64,000 nucleotides of DNA from Bacillota bacterium (GCA_017889545.1 JAGFZV010000011.1:17247-81246); one strand, 5' to 3'. Positions 1 through 10,445 are shown, counted from the stretch's first letter. Notes: generated from the sequence alone by a model not told the origin. Numbers and translations: made by a program.

Positions 1-199
1 CAAACAGGATTACGATATGTTCGAAATCATGCGGCATATCCTCCGAATTGACGAACATCTGCCCTTCACCACCCCTCAAACGCAGAAGATCCTCGATTAT
101 GTTCAGCCGGATTATTTGGTGCATGAGTTTTTATACACTTCGATGGCTGATTGGAGCCAAAAAATCTGCCAGCAGCAAACTGCACTGCAAACGAAATGA
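1..199 (+). CDS. 3' end of an upstream gene (partial, product unknown)
   Basis: Frame is open from the window edge (KQDYDMFEIMRH...QTK, TGA at 197-199), 25 nt before exbB. Confidence 0.5.
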   Translation, partial: KQDYDMFEIMRHILRIDEHLPFTTPQTQKILDYVQPDYLVHEFLYTSMADWSQKICQQQTALQTK

Positions 200-224
200 T
201 ACCAATTAAAAAAGAGGGAATAAT

Positions 225-863
225 ATGATTGATTTTTTGAATGTCAGCACAACATTTTTCAGCAAGGGCGGTTTTGTCATGTACCCGCTCTTGGCGTGTT
301 CGATCCTTGTGATCGCCATTACCATCGAGCGATACTCTCAATATCGCAACGCACGCACCGATATTGAAACATTGCTGAATGCTCTTGAACCCCAGATGGA
401 AAACAAGGACTGGCAAGGCGCCATAGACATATGCCGCCGCAATCCGGGAATTGCCGCCGAGTTCTTGACAAAGGGGCTTCTTGCGGCAAAGGGACGCCGT
501 TCAACATTGGAGCAGCTTCTTGACGGCTGGGCTGTAATTGCCGCAGCAAAGCTGCGCTATCGTCTCAGTTATCTGGATACCATCGTCACGTTGGCGCCTT
601 TACTCGGATTATTGGGCACGGTAACCGGAATGATCCAGGCCTTCAGCGTACTTAATATCAAATCCGGTCAACCGTTCGCCATCACCGGCGGCGTCGGTGA
701 AGCATTGGTGGCTACCGCTGCCGGACTTTGTGTTGCGATCCTGGCATTGGCTTCTCATAGTCATTTTATGAATCAGCTTGATCTGGTTATTTCCGAGTTG
801 GAACAAGCGGCCAATTTTTTATTGGCTGCTGTGTCACGGAGTGATTCACATGAACCTGAATAA
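225..863 (+). CDS. exbB: MotA/TolQ/ExbB proton channel protein
   Basis: RBS agaggg; motifs LDTIVTLAPLLGLLGTVTGMI and GVGEALVATAAGL. Confidence 0.92.
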   Translation: MIDFLNVSTTFFSKGGFVMYPLLACSILVIAITIERYSQYRNARTDIETLLNALEPQMENKDWQGAIDICRRNPGIAAEFLTKGLLAAKGRRSTLEQLLDGWAVIAAAKLRYRLSYLDTIVTLAPLLGLLGTVTGMIQAFSVLNIKSGQPFAITGGVGEALVATAAGLCVAILALASHSHFMNQLDLVISELEQAANFLLAAVSRSDSHEPE

Positions 864-1257
864 ATTGCGTTCCCCGCGCTCGCCAAAACTGATGATTATC
901 CCCATGATTGACATCATTTTCTTTTTATTGGTCTTTTTCATGATGAGTACGCTGTACATGGTAGAACAAAATGTTCTTCCCATTGCATTGCCTCAATCGA
1001 CTTCCAGCCAAACGGATCAAACGGCATTGACACCGATTACTCTTACTGCACAAGGGAATATTCTGATCGGCCAGGAAGAAATTTCCCGGGAAATACTGTC
1101 GATACGAATTAAAGCGGAGTTATACCGAAACCCGGAAACCTCCTTTCTTTTGCGGGCTGATCGTCAAATCGAGTATGGCCGCGTAATCGAATTACTGGAT
1201 GAATTAAAACGACTTGGGGTACGCCGCGTCGCTGTAGCTACCGAATTAAAACCATAG
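850..1257 (+). CDS. exbD: ExbD/TolR biopolymer transport protein
   Basis: IIPMIDIIFFLLVFFM and LLRADRQIEYGRVIELLD motifs; ATG at 850 overlaps the exbB stop (ORF-track start at 778 is too long). Confidence 0.92.
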   Translation: MNLNKLRSPRSPKLMIIPMIDIIFFLLVFFMMSTLYMVEQNVLPIALPQSTSSQTDQTALTPITLTAQGNILIGQEEISREILSIRIKAELYRNPETSFLLRADRQIEYGRVIELLDELKRLGVRRVAVATELKP

Positions 1258-1277
1258 ACTTGGGGGTGTCGAAATCT

Positions 1278-1955
1278 ATGCAAAGTTGCAGACAATGGCG
1301 CCAAGCAATCACATTATCTGTTTTTGTCCACTTTCTCTTCTTGATGGGGATCGGCTGGTTTTCCGTCTTTGCACAGCCTTCTCCTTCACAACAAGAATAT
1401 ATCGAAATGGAATTGTTCAGCGATACAATACCGCAGCAATCGCCGTCTCAATCATCGCTATCGCCTTCAACTGTCCTGCCATTGGAAGCGTCAGCGCCGC
1501 AAGCCGTTCAAAATGCAGCCTCTGCGATTGCCGAAACTGCCAACGTTTCCTTTGCACCCATAAGTAGTCCTACTGTTGAGAATAAATCCGGATCGGAAAA
1601 CGCCGCGGGCGGTCAAATTGAAACTGCCAGTGCTGCCGGAGCAGATGGTCAAACAAAACCAATACTGATGGCACCGCGGATTTTACAAAAAGTTGATCCC
1701 GCTTATCCGGATCAGGCGCGTCGCGAAGGCTGGGAAGGCAGCGTAAGAGTCCGCTTCCAGGTATTGACGAACGGCAAAACGGAAAACATCAGCGTGGAAA
1801 CCTCCTCTGGTTTTGCAATACTCGACGAATCGGCTATGAATGTCATACAACAATGGCAATTCATTCCCGCCAAAAATCAAAATACAAACCAGTCCGTTTC
1901 TTGCTGGACCTACGTCACTCTTGTTTTCAAGCTAAACAATGCCCATTCAAAGTAA
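1278..1955 (+). CDS. tonB: TonB energy transducer
   Basis: N-terminal TM helix, Pro/Ser-rich linker, C-terminal PAYPDQARREGWEGSVRV...SSG..LD.SA...W.F.PA. Confidence 0.88.
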   Translation: MQSCRQWRQAITLSVFVHFLFLMGIGWFSVFAQPSPSQQEYIEMELFSDTIPQQSPSQSSLSPSTVLPLEASAPQAVQNAASAIAETANVSFAPISSPTVENKSGSENAAGGQIETASAAGADGQTKPILMAPRILQKVDPAYPDQARREGWEGSVRVRFQVLTNGKTENISVETSSGFAILDESAMNVIQQWQFIPAKNQNTNQSVSCWTYVTLVFKLNNAHSK

Positions 1956-1970
1956 CTTCGAACCCATACA

Positions 1971-1998
1971 AAAAAACCCGTCATACGACGGGTTTTTT
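1971..1998. terminator. Bidirectional intrinsic terminator
   Basis: aaaaaacccgtc-atac-gacgggtttttt between convergent tonB and ppdK. Confidence 0.85.
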
Positions 1999-2017
1999 CT
2001 GCAGTATATTACTCAAG

Positions 2018-2141
2018 CAGACTGTTCAAAAAGGTTAAGATGCCAGGAACGGCGAGGCTTGCGCTGCGCCGCGTACTAATCTCGTACGCAAGCAAGCAAA
2101 CGTAGCCGTAACGCCGCAGATTGGGCTTTTTCAACAGTCTG
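2018..2141. mobile_element. 124-bp MITE/REP-like element with 17-bp imperfect terminal inverted repeats
   Basis: cagactgttcaaaaagg ... gctttttcaacagtctg (15/17 complementary); internal cgtac-N7-gtacg and gcttgcg/cgcaagc arms; no ORF. Confidence 0.6.
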
Positions 2142-2142
2142 A

Positions 2143-4800
2143 TTACCGTGTGCCCAGATTTTCGCCCTGACTCACGGCAGCCTGTGCGGCCGCCAAGCGG
2201 GCGATCGGAACCCGGTAAGGCGAACAACTGACAAAATCCAAGCCAATTTCATGGCAGAACTCTATAGAATTAGGATCGCCGCCATGCTCACCACAAATAC
2301 CAATCAAAAGCCCTGGTCGGGTTTGTCGACCGCCTGCCACGGCAATCTTCATTAATTGACCAACCCCTTTGCGATCCAGAACGGCGAAAGGATTCTCTTT
2401 AAGGATCTTATGTTCCAGATAATCGGATAGGAATTTCCCTTCCGCGTCATCGCGGCTAAAGCCTAGACAAGTCTGAGTTAGATCATTGGTACCAAAGCTA
2501 AAGAACTCTGCTTCTGTTGCAAGTTCATGCGCAAGCAATGCCGCGCGAGGCAGCTCGATCATGGTGCCGGCAGTATAATGGAATTTCACTTCAAAAGTGT
2601 CCATTATTTCCTGCGCAATGGCAATAATCTTTTCCCGGAAAAAGGCCATTTCTTCTTTGCCGATCGTGAGTGGTATTTCAATCTCCGGCAATACAGTATA
2701 TCTTTCTTTCGTAAGCCGTGCCGCCGCATTCAGGATCGCTCTCATTTGCATTTCATAAACTTCAGGGTAGGTGATCCCCAACCGGCAGCCGCGATGCCCC
2801 AGCATCGGATTAAATTCATGCAGTTGCCGGACTTTTTTGAGAAGCCCTTCCTTTTCAGCCAGAAGGCTCGGGTCGTTGCCACGAACACGCAACTCGGTCG
2901 TTTCGATCAGTAAATCTTCCAGGCTGGGCAAGAATTCATGCAGCGGCGGGTCAAGCAAACGGATACAAACAGGATACCCTTCCATCGCTTTCAAAATACC
3001 GTAAAAGTCCCCTTCCTGCATCGGCAGCAAATGGGCTAAGGCTTTCTGACGCTGTTCCAAGGTTTCGGCTAAAATCATCTGCTGAACATACGGCAATCGG
3101 TCTTGTGCCATAAACATATGCTCTGTTCGTGTAAGGCCAATTCCTTGCGCCCCGAATTCGCGCGCTTTTTGCGCATCCTCAGGTGTATCGGCATTTGCCC
3201 GCACGCCCAACCGTTTGACTTCATCCGCCCAAGTTAACAAAGTCACATATTCAGCAGAAAGTTCCGGATCTTTCAATGCGATGTCGCCCTGGATCACCCG
3301 GCCGGTTGACCCATCAATCGAAATTTTGTCGCCTTCTTTGATAACAAGACTGCCAATCATGAATTGTTTATGCGCATAATCCATCTTGATCGCTTCGCAG
3401 CCGCATACGCATGGTTTTCCCATGCCGCGGGCCACTACGGCAGCATGACTCGTCATTCCGCCCCGGCTGGTAAGAATGCCTTGCGCAGCGACAATTCCAT
3501 GAATATCATCCGGCGTGGTTTCCGTACGAACCAGCAATACTTTTTTTCCTGTCTTGCCCAGGCGTTCGGCCTCGTCAGAGTCGAAAACAACAGCACCCGA
3601 AGCCGCGCCAGGCGAAGCCGGCAGTCCTTTTGCAATCACATCCAACTTAACCGAACCGTCAATTTGCCGATGCAGTAATTGATCCAACTGTCCCGGCTCA
3701 ACCATCAAAATTGCACTTGCCTTATCAATCAAGCCTTCTACAACCATGTCATGTGCGATTTTAACGCCTGCTTGCGCAGTTCGTTTCCCATTACGGGTTT
3801 GCAGCATATAAAGTTTGCCTTTTTCAATTGTAAACTCGATATCTTGCATGTTTTTATAATGTTTTTCCAAATTCAAAGCAGTATCCGCAAGCTGTTTATA
3901 AATTTTCGGCATTTCCGTTTTTAACGTGGCGATCGGCTGTGGAGTACGGGTGCCGGCCACTACATCTTCCCCTTGGGCATTAATGAGGTACTCACCGTAC
4001 AACGCATTTTCGCCTGTAGAAGGATTGCGGGTAAAAGCCACACCTGTACCGCAATCATTGCCCATATTACCAAAAACCATCGACTGAACATTGACTGCCG
4101 TACCCAAATTGTGGTCTATTTTATTTAAATTCCGATAGATTCTAGCCCGGTCATTATCCCAGGAACTGAATACCGCTTCAATCGCCATAAATAATTGTTC
4201 TTGCGGATCTTCAGGAAATGGCCGCCCGATTTGTTGTTGAACAAAATTTTTGTAGCTGCCAACCAATGTACGCAGTGAATCTTCAGAGAGTTCCTGGTCA
4301 TATTTTACACCTTGCTTTTCTTTTTTCTTTGCAAGGATATGTTCAAATTCATGCTTTGGAATATTTAGAACAACATCGGAAAACATTTGAATGAAACGGC
4401 GATAAGCATCATAGGCAAAACAAATGTTTTGCGTGTTTTTCGCCAAACCAAGAACTGTCTTTTCATTCAGGCCGAGGTTTAATACAGTATCCATCATACC
4501 AGGCATGGAAAAAACCGCACCCGAACGCACGGAGACGAGTAATGGATTCCCCTCATCGCCAAGTTTTTTTTCTGTCGTTTTCTCTAATTCAGCCAAATGC
4601 TCCAAAATTTCATTTTTCACTGCATCAGATAGCCGTTTGCCTGACTTATAGTACTCGCGGCAAGCATCCGTCGTGATCGTCATCCCCGCAGGAACCGGCA
4701 GTCCAATCTTCGTCATTTCTGCCAAATTAGCGCCTTTCCCCCCTAATAGCGAACGCATTGCGGCACAGCCTTCTTGAAACTGATAAACATATTTTTCCAT
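2143..4800 (-). CDS. ppdK: Pyruvate, phosphate dikinase
   Basis: 885 aa; GGKGANLAEM, VSVRSGA, GGMTSHAAVVARG (phospho-His), FSFGTNDLTQ, GICGEHGG. Confidence 0.98.
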   Translation of the reverse strand: MEKYVYQFQEGCAAMRSLLGGKGANLAEMTKIGLPVPAGMTITTDACREYYKSGKRLSDAVKNEILEHLAELEKTTEKKLGDEGNPLLVSVRSGAVFSMPGMMDTVLNLGLNEKTVLGLAKNTQNICFAYDAYRRFIQMFSDVVLNIPKHEFEHILAKKKEKQGVKYDQELSEDSLRTLVGSYKNFVQQQIGRPFPEDPQEQLFMAIEAVFSSWDNDRARIYRNLNKIDHNLGTAVNVQSMVFGNMGNDCGTGVAFTRNPSTGENALYGEYLINAQGEDVVAGTRTPQPIATLKTEMPKIYKQLADTALNLEKHYKNMQDIEFTIEKGKLYMLQTRNGKRTAQAGVKIAHDMVVEGLIDKASAILMVEPGQLDQLLHRQIDGSVKLDVIAKGLPASPGAASGAVVFDSDEAERLGKTGKKVLLVRTETTPDDIHGIVAAQGILTSRGGMTSHAAVVARGMGKPCVCGCEAIKMDYAHKQFMIGSLVIKEGDKISIDGSTGRVIQGDIALKDPELSAEYVTLLTWADEVKRLGVRANADTPEDAQKAREFGAQGIGLTRTEHMFMAQDRLPYVQQMILAETLEQRQKALAHLLPMQEGDFYGILKAMEGYPVCIRLLDPPLHEFLPSLEDLLIETTELRVRGNDPSLLAEKEGLLKKVRQLHEFNPMLGHRGCRLGITYPEVYEMQMRAILNAAARLTKERYTVLPEIEIPLTIGKEEMAFFREKIIAIAQEIMDTFEVKFHYTAGTMIELPRAALLAHELATEAEFFSFGTNDLTQTCLGFSRDDAEGKFLSDYLEHKILKENPFAVLDRKGVGQLMKIAVAGGRQTRPGLLIGICGEHGGDPNSIEFCHEIGLDFVSCSPYRVPIARLAAAQAAVSQGENLGTR

Positions 4801-4801
4801 G

Positions 4802-5629
4802 CTACTCTACTCCTCTACGATAAATTTCTAATACTTTGGCGGCAGTTTCTTCTGTTCCCTTGTTCGTTACATCAATTACCGGACAGCCGAGTTTGCGCAT
4901 CACTGCATCGGCGTAATCCAATTCAGCCAAAATACGTGAATAATTTGCATAATCAACATCTTTGTAAAGATCCTTGGTTATGCCCATGCTCTGCATGCGT
5001 TCATTCCGCATTTCCAATAGCCGCGACGGCTTGATCGTCAAACCAACAATCCGTTTAACCGGCACTGCAAACAATTCGCCCGGAACTTCCACTTCAGGAA
5101 CCAACGGAACATTCATAGCCTTATAGCCTTTATAAGCCAAATAAACGCATAAAGGCGTCTTGGATGTGCGCGAAACGCCAACAATGATGATGTCAGCTCT
5201 AATCATCCCTTGAGGTTTTTTGCCATCATCATATTCTACTGCGAATTCAATCGCTTCCATCTTTTTGAAATAAGCACCATCAATTTTGTGTATTAACCCC
5301 GGTTGGTTTTGCGGCTTTAATTGGTATACCTTTTCCAATGCGTCGATCACCGGCCCTGCGACATCAACTGCAGTCAACCCCAATAACTGAGTTTTTGCTT
5401 CCAAAGCAGCCCGCAAAGCCGGAAAAACAATTGTATAAACAACAATGGCATTCGCCTGCTTTGCCTCCATCAGCGCATCTTCAAGCTGCTGCACTGATTT
5501 CAGAAAAGGAATCCGTCGAATTTCCAAGTGTTCAAAGTCAAACTGGCTTGCAGCCGCCTTCGCTAGTGTTTCTCCTGTATCACCAACGGAATCCGATAGT
5601 ACGTAAATGGCCGGATCCAGATGGGTCAT
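4802..5629 (-). CDS. PPDK regulatory kinase/pyrophosphorylase (DUF299)
   Basis: SDSVGDTG, DDGK, GVSRTSKTPL motifs; adjacent to ppdK; start trimmed to ATG 5629. Confidence 0.93.
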   Translation of the reverse strand: MTHLDPAIYVLSDSVGDTGETLAKAAASQFDFEHLEIRRIPFLKSVQQLEDALMEAKQANAIVVYTIVFPALRAALEAKTQLLGLTAVDVAGPVIDALEKVYQLKPQNQPGLIHKIDGAYFKKMEAIEFAVEYDDGKKPQGMIRADIIIVGVSRTSKTPLCVYLAYKGYKAMNVPLVPEVEVPGELFAVPVKRIVGLTIKPSRLLEMRNERMQSMGITKDLYKDVDYANYSRILAELDYADAVMRKLGCPVIDVTNKGTEETAAKVLEIYRRGVE

Positions 5630-5836
5630 TTTTTGAATAATCGCAATCCCTCCCAACCAGTTCCTGTTTTCAAAAAACAGCTTCCGTTTTTTCTCGAGCG
5701 AATAGAAATAATCATCTTTATGCAATGATTATGCTATACTATTTGTGCAACATTGAATATATTATACTACATTATTGCGTTTTTTTCTCTAATTTATGCT
5801 GATTTTTATTAAAAAATATTCGTTGTCTGCCCGAAA

Positions 5837-6622
5837 TCAGGAATGATCCACCTGTTTTATTTCTTCTAATATCGCTCCACAAATCACTTCATTACCGGCA
5901 ATCAACGAAATGCCCCTGTCCTGACGAAAATAAACAATCTTTCCCCCTGCTTCCTCCACCAGCAAAACGGCCGCAGCAACATCCCATAGAGACAGTTTTA
6001 ACTCCCAGAAACCATCAAAAAAACCAGCCGCAACACAGGCCAAATCATACGCTGCGGCTCCCATTCTCCGTATCGCTCTTGCAGAAGGCAGCAACCGGTT
6101 GAAATAAGCAAGATTGTTGATCGGGTTTTCCCTTATATCATACGGAAACCCGGTGGCAAGAACACTTTTCGCCAAATCCTCCTTGGCAGAAACTTGCAGA
6201 CGTTTGCCGTTCAAAAAAGCCCCCTGTCCTTTTATGGCAGTAAAAAGCTGGTCGACAACCGGGGCATAGACAACCCCTAAAACTGTTTCATTTTTATATT
6301 GAAGAGCGATGGAAACTGCAAAAATCGGCAAGCCTTGTGAAAAATTAGTCGTCCCATCCAAAGGATCGACAACCCAAAGATATTCAGTTTCACTAGCCGC
6401 TAATCCTGATTCTTCCGCAAGAATAGAATGGCATGGATAGTTTTTTCTGATAAATTTGATGATCATCTGTTCCGATTGTTTATCAATCTCGGTAACAAGA
6501 TCAATTGACGTGGACTTCGTGTTCATCGCCAAATCTTTTCTTCCCAAATTGTCTTTCTGCATCTTTCCAACAGTAATTGCAAGTTCCTTTACTTTTTCCA
6601 TTGCTGCAAAGAGGTCGACCAT
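5837..6622 (-). CDS. suhB: Inositol monophosphatase family protein
   Basis: DLVTEID, ILAEE, WVVDPLDGTTNF, WDVAAA motifs; start at ATG 6622. Confidence 0.9.
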   Translation of the reverse strand: MVDLFAAMEKVKELAITVGKMQKDNLGRKDLAMNTKSTSIDLVTEIDKQSEQMIIKFIRKNYPCHSILAEESGLAASETEYLWVVDPLDGTTNFSQGLPIFAVSIALQYKNETVLGVVYAPVVDQLFTAIKGQGAFLNGKRLQVSAKEDLAKSVLATGFPYDIRENPINNLAYFNRLLPSARAIRRMGAAAYDLACVAAGFFDGFWELKLSLWDVAAAVLLVEEAGGKIVYFRQDRGISLIAGNEVICGAILEEIKQVDHS

Positions 6623-6638
6623 GCTGATCCTTCTTTCC

Positions 6639-7019
6639 TTATTTAATAAATGGTTTGCCCGCCTTGGCTTCCGTACCGCTTGCAGGCTTTTCCAGTGGCG
6701 GCATGGGCGGAGCCAGGGAGGCTGGCGGAGCTGTTTCTTTTGCCGATTTCGCCGCATCCGTGATATATTTTTCCAATTGTGCTTCCAATTCTTTGATTCT
6801 ATTGTTACTTTGCCGCAGACGCAATCGCAAACGAACTTGAATCATCATTTCAATCGATAAAGCAATCAGAATCCCGATCCCGGCAGCTGTCACCACAATT
6901 ACAGCTAACGAACTTTCCATTTTCCAAGTTAAAAAACTGATTGTGACCACTACAGCATTCTGAACCGCAAAAATTGCGATAATGGCAGAAAAAACCACTG
7001 CAAATAGAAGATAAAACAT
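6639..7019 (-). CDS. LapA-domain (DUF1049) membrane protein
   Basis: AIFAVQNAVVVTISFLTW motif, two TM helices, coiled tail. Confidence 0.8.
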   Translation of the reverse strand: MFYLLFAVVFSAIIAIFAVQNAVVVTISFLTWKMESSLAVIVVTAAGIGILIALSIEMMIQVRLRLRLRQSNNRIKELEAQLEKYITDAAKSAKETAPPASLAPPMPPLEKPASGTEAKAGKPFIK

Positions 7020-7234
7020 GATTGACACCACCCCTTTCTCCTCTTTGTCGTTCAAAAAACAGAAATTATGATCTATAATAACCTTCTCGTTTCATAATAA
7101 AATTCCTGTTTTTCGCTGGGAGCGAGTTTTTTATGCACTTTCGGTCCAAAACAAACCTTCCGCTTTTCTATTGCCGCATTTCGTGATAAGCTTTTTCTAG
7201 AAAGATGTTTCTATATTGGAAAGGAGTGCTGCAA

Positions 7235-7870
7235 ATGTATCGGAACCGATGGGAAGCAGGAGAATTACTGACGCAGCGACTTGCCGAATATCATTTTAAA
7301 GACGTCTGCGTATTGGGGATCCCGCGAGGCGGCATCGTCGTTGCCGCGCCAATTGCCCGTTACTTTAAGACGAAACTGGGCGTTCTTGTGACCAGAAAAG
7401 TCGGTCACCCCTTCAATGACGAGTTGGCCATTGGCGCAGTGATGCCGGACGGAAGTGCAGTACTTGATACGATGACGATCCAAACTCATCACATTTCCCA
7501 AGATTATCTGGACCATACAATTACCGCCCAATATGCAGAACTGCGCCGTCGGATGATTCTGTATACGGGATCAGAAGCGCCACCGGAAGTACAAGGAAAG
7601 ACGGTCATTCTCGTGGATGACGGAATCGCTACCGGTTATACAATGAAGGCGGCCATTACCTGGCTGAAAACATTAAAACCGGCGAAAATCATTGTTGCGG
7701 TTCCTGTTGCCCCACCTGAAACAGTCAGCGAACTGGCAAAAGCAGTGGATAGGATCGTCTGCCCTCTCCAACCGCCAGACTTTATGGCTGTCGGAATGCA
7801 TTATCAGGAATTCCCACAGACTACAGATACAGAAGCGATCGAATTATTGCAGGATCTTAGCAAATCCTAG
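7235..7870 (+). CDS. Phosphoribosyltransferase family protein
   Basis: LGIPRGG, RKVGHP, VILVDDGIATG PRPP loop; RBS aaaggag. Confidence 0.88.
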   Translation: MYRNRWEAGELLTQRLAEYHFKDVCVLGIPRGGIVVAAPIARYFKTKLGVLVTRKVGHPFNDELAIGAVMPDGSAVLDTMTIQTHHISQDYLDHTITAQYAELRRRMILYTGSEAPPEVQGKTVILVDDGIATGYTMKAAITWLKTLKPAKIIVAVPVAPPETVSELAKAVDRIVCPLQPPDFMAVGMHYQEFPQTTDTEAIELLQDLSKS

Positions 7871-7979
7871 CACCGAATGAATCAATCCCCTAATTGCGAG
7901 AACTTCTTCACATTCCGCAGGAAAATACGCTCATCCGCCGAAGTACCTTGTAAGAACATGAATGGAGGAGGTAGACGCT

Positions 7980-8243
7980 ATGCAAAAAAATGATCTTTTT
8001 CAGGTCAAAATTGGTGATACCGAGCGGACAATCGATGAGATCATAAGCAGTATCCATCATTCAGACTTGCCAATCACACAAATCCAACCCGATTCCATGG
8101 CTGCTGACCGTCGCGGTACCGGAGCAGTTCTTACGCTGCACATCGTTCCCGATAAAGTAACGGAGGAACAGTTAAAACGGCAGTTGAACGAATACGGTTC
8201 CTGCATGTTTCAGGTTGAATCCGTTGTCAAAGTTCCTGAATAA
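7980..8243 (+). CDS. Small hypothetical protein
   Basis: Strong RBS ggaggagg, 87 aa, no recognised family. Confidence 0.6.
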   Translation: MQKNDLFQVKIGDTERTIDEIISSIHHSDLPITQIQPDSMAADRRGTGAVLTLHIVPDKVTEEQLKRQLNEYGSCMFQVESVVKVPE

Positions 8244-8283
8244 AACAACGGATCACATTTTTCAATAGCAAGGGGGCCCACTG

Positions 8284-9390
8284 GTGTACGAACGACAAAC
8301 TTGGGCGGAAATTGATCTTGACGCCTTGACTCACAACGTAAAAGAAATAAAAAAGCTACTCAAAAAAGAAACGAAATTTTGCGCTGTGGTAAAGGCAGAT
8401 GCATATGGTCATGGCGCAATCATTATAGCAAAAGCGGCTTTAGCCGCAGGAGCTGATACCTTGGCTGTGTCAATACTGGGCGAAGCGATTGAGCTGCGCG
8501 AGGCCGGAATTACCGTACCGATTTTAGTATTAGGCTACACGCCTCCTTCTCAGGCGCCGTTGCTTGTTGCCTTTCATATCACGCAAGCAGTATTCTCTCA
8601 GGAGGTCGCAAAAGCAATTTCGCAAGCTGCTGTTGCAGCGGGAGTTACAGCCAAAATTCATTTGAAGATTGATACAGGGATGAGCCGGATCGGCATCAAC
8701 TGCCAGGAAGCCGGTTCTTTCGCGGCTGAGTTGGCAGCTTTGCCCGGACTCCAAATTGAAGGCGCCTTCTCTCATTTCGCCACCGCCGACAGCATCGACA
8801 AAACATATGCCCATGTTCAGTATCGCTGTTTCCAGGAAGCATTACAGCAAATTGAAGACCATGGCGTTAAAATCACAGTGAGGCATATTGCCAACAGCGC
8901 AGCAATTGTTGATATGCCGGAAGCGCATCTGGATATGGTACGAGCGGGTATTATCCTTTATGGATTATGGCCATCCCTGGATGTGAGCAGAAAAATTCAT
9001 TTAAAACCGACCATGCGGTTCAAAACCCGATTGGCGTTTATTAAGTATATAGCGGCAGGAACGTCTGTCAGCTATGGGCGAATATATACTTCGGATCGAA
9101 CACAGCGTATCGCCACTCTTCCGGTTGGGTATGCCGACGGCTGGCCCCGCTCTCTCTCGAATATAGCCCATGTTTTGCTGCATGGAAAACGGGCGCCGAT
9201 CATCGGCAGGATTTGTATGGATCAGTGCATGATCGATGTCACCCATATTCCAGACGCAGAACCTGGCGACGAAGTATTATTATTCGGGGGGCCGGATTTG
9301 CCGGCTGATGAAGTGGCCTCACAAATCGATACGATTTCCTACGAACTTGTCTGCATGGTGGGAAAGCGGGTACCTAGAAAATACATATAA
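8284..9390 (+). CDS. alr: Alanine racemase
   Basis: AVVKADAYGHG PLP site, HLKIDTGMSRIG, LPVGYADG, GRICMDQ. Confidence 0.96.
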   Translation: MYERQTWAEIDLDALTHNVKEIKKLLKKETKFCAVVKADAYGHGAIIIAKAALAAGADTLAVSILGEAIELREAGITVPILVLGYTPPSQAPLLVAFHITQAVFSQEVAKAISQAAVAAGVTAKIHLKIDTGMSRIGINCQEAGSFAAELAALPGLQIEGAFSHFATADSIDKTYAHVQYRCFQEALQQIEDHGVKITVRHIANSAAIVDMPEAHLDMVRAGIILYGLWPSLDVSRKIHLKPTMRFKTRLAFIKYIAAGTSVSYGRIYTSDRTQRIATLPVGYADGWPRSLSNIAHVLLHGKRAPIIGRICMDQCMIDVTHIPDAEPGDEVLLFGGPDLPADEVASQIDTISYELVCMVGKRVPRKYI

Positions 9391-9433
9391 AAAAAACTCC
9401 TGCGGCAGCAACGATTCTGCACAGGAGTTTTTT
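9391..9433. terminator. Bidirectional terminator
   Basis: aaaaaactcctg...caggagtttttt between convergent genes. Confidence 0.8.
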
Positions 9434-9437
9434 GCAT

Positions 9438-10445
9438 TTATCCAAGTTCACGGGCAATCTGTTTCATCCGTTCCCGAATCGGTATATCATACGGGCATCG
9501 TTCTTCGCAAACTCCACATTCGATACAATCGGAAGCCTTGGACGAAAAAGTTGCATATCTTTTCGATATCGCATCTTTCATACCATAACGGGTATATTGC
9601 AAGTGGAAAATGAACGTCGTAGGAATATCGATGCCTACGGCGCATGGCATGCAATAACCGCAGCGACGGCAAAAGTTGGGACCGAGAATTTTTGCTTCCT
9701 GCAAAAGCTCTTGGCGTTCTTGATCCGATAATGGTCTAAATTTTTCTGAGGCCGCTGCATTTTGTTGGATCTGCTCGATTTGATCCATCCCGGGAATAGC
9801 TGTGGAGATATCATGCTCCAGAATAAAACGCAGTGCCAAATCAATCTGTTCAAGCTGTCCGCCGCCTAACGGTTTCATCACAATCCGACCGATATTCATC
9901 GCTTTAGCTAATGGAAACAGTTCTTCCAACGCCTGTTGTTCGATACAGTTAAACGGAACCTGGACCGTACTGAATTCTCCGGTCCGCAGCCCTTCAATCA
10001 GCAGGCTGATCGTATGGCCGGTGATGCCAATATGTCCGATTTTACCGGCTTTTTGCGCTTCCTTCAGAGCTTCCAGCGCACCACCCGGAGCCAAGACAGC
10101 GTCAAGGTCTTCACGGCCCTTAATATTATGGACTTGGTAAAGATCTATATAATTTGTCTTCATCGCAGCAAGACTGAGGTCAATGTCTTTGGCCATTCCT
10201 GCACGATCCCTTGCCATGCTTTTACTGGCTAAAAAATATTCTTTTCGGCGGTCTGCCAGATGGCATCCGATTTTCGCCTCACTATCCGTATAAGCTCGTG
10301 CCGTATCGATGAAGTTAATGCCAGCATCTAAAACGGCGTGCAGCACAACCCCTGCCTCTTCCATATTACAGCGTTGTATTGGCAACCCACCGAAACTAAT
10401 TTCGGTTACCTCTATGCCAGTTTTTCCCAGAAGTCGTTTCTTCAC
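9438..10445 (-). CDS. Aldo/keto reductase with C-terminal 4Fe-4S dicluster
   Basis: GINFIDTARAY, YIDLYQVH, MKPLGGG; CRRCGYCMPC and CIECGVCEERCP; GTG start. Confidence 0.88.
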   Translation of the reverse strand: MKKRLLGKTGIEVTEISFGGLPIQRCNMEEAGVVLHAVLDAGINFIDTARAYTDSEAKIGCHLADRRKEYFLASKSMARDRAGMAKDIDLSLAAMKTNYIDLYQVHNIKGREDLDAVLAPGGALEALKEAQKAGKIGHIGITGHTISLLIEGLRTGEFSTVQVPFNCIEQQALEELFPLAKAMNIGRIVMKPLGGGQLEQIDLALRFILEHDISTAIPGMDQIEQIQQNAAASEKFRPLSDQERQELLQEAKILGPNFCRRCGYCMPCAVGIDIPTTFIFHLQYTRYGMKDAISKRYATFSSKASDCIECGVCEERCPYDIPIRERMKQIARELG

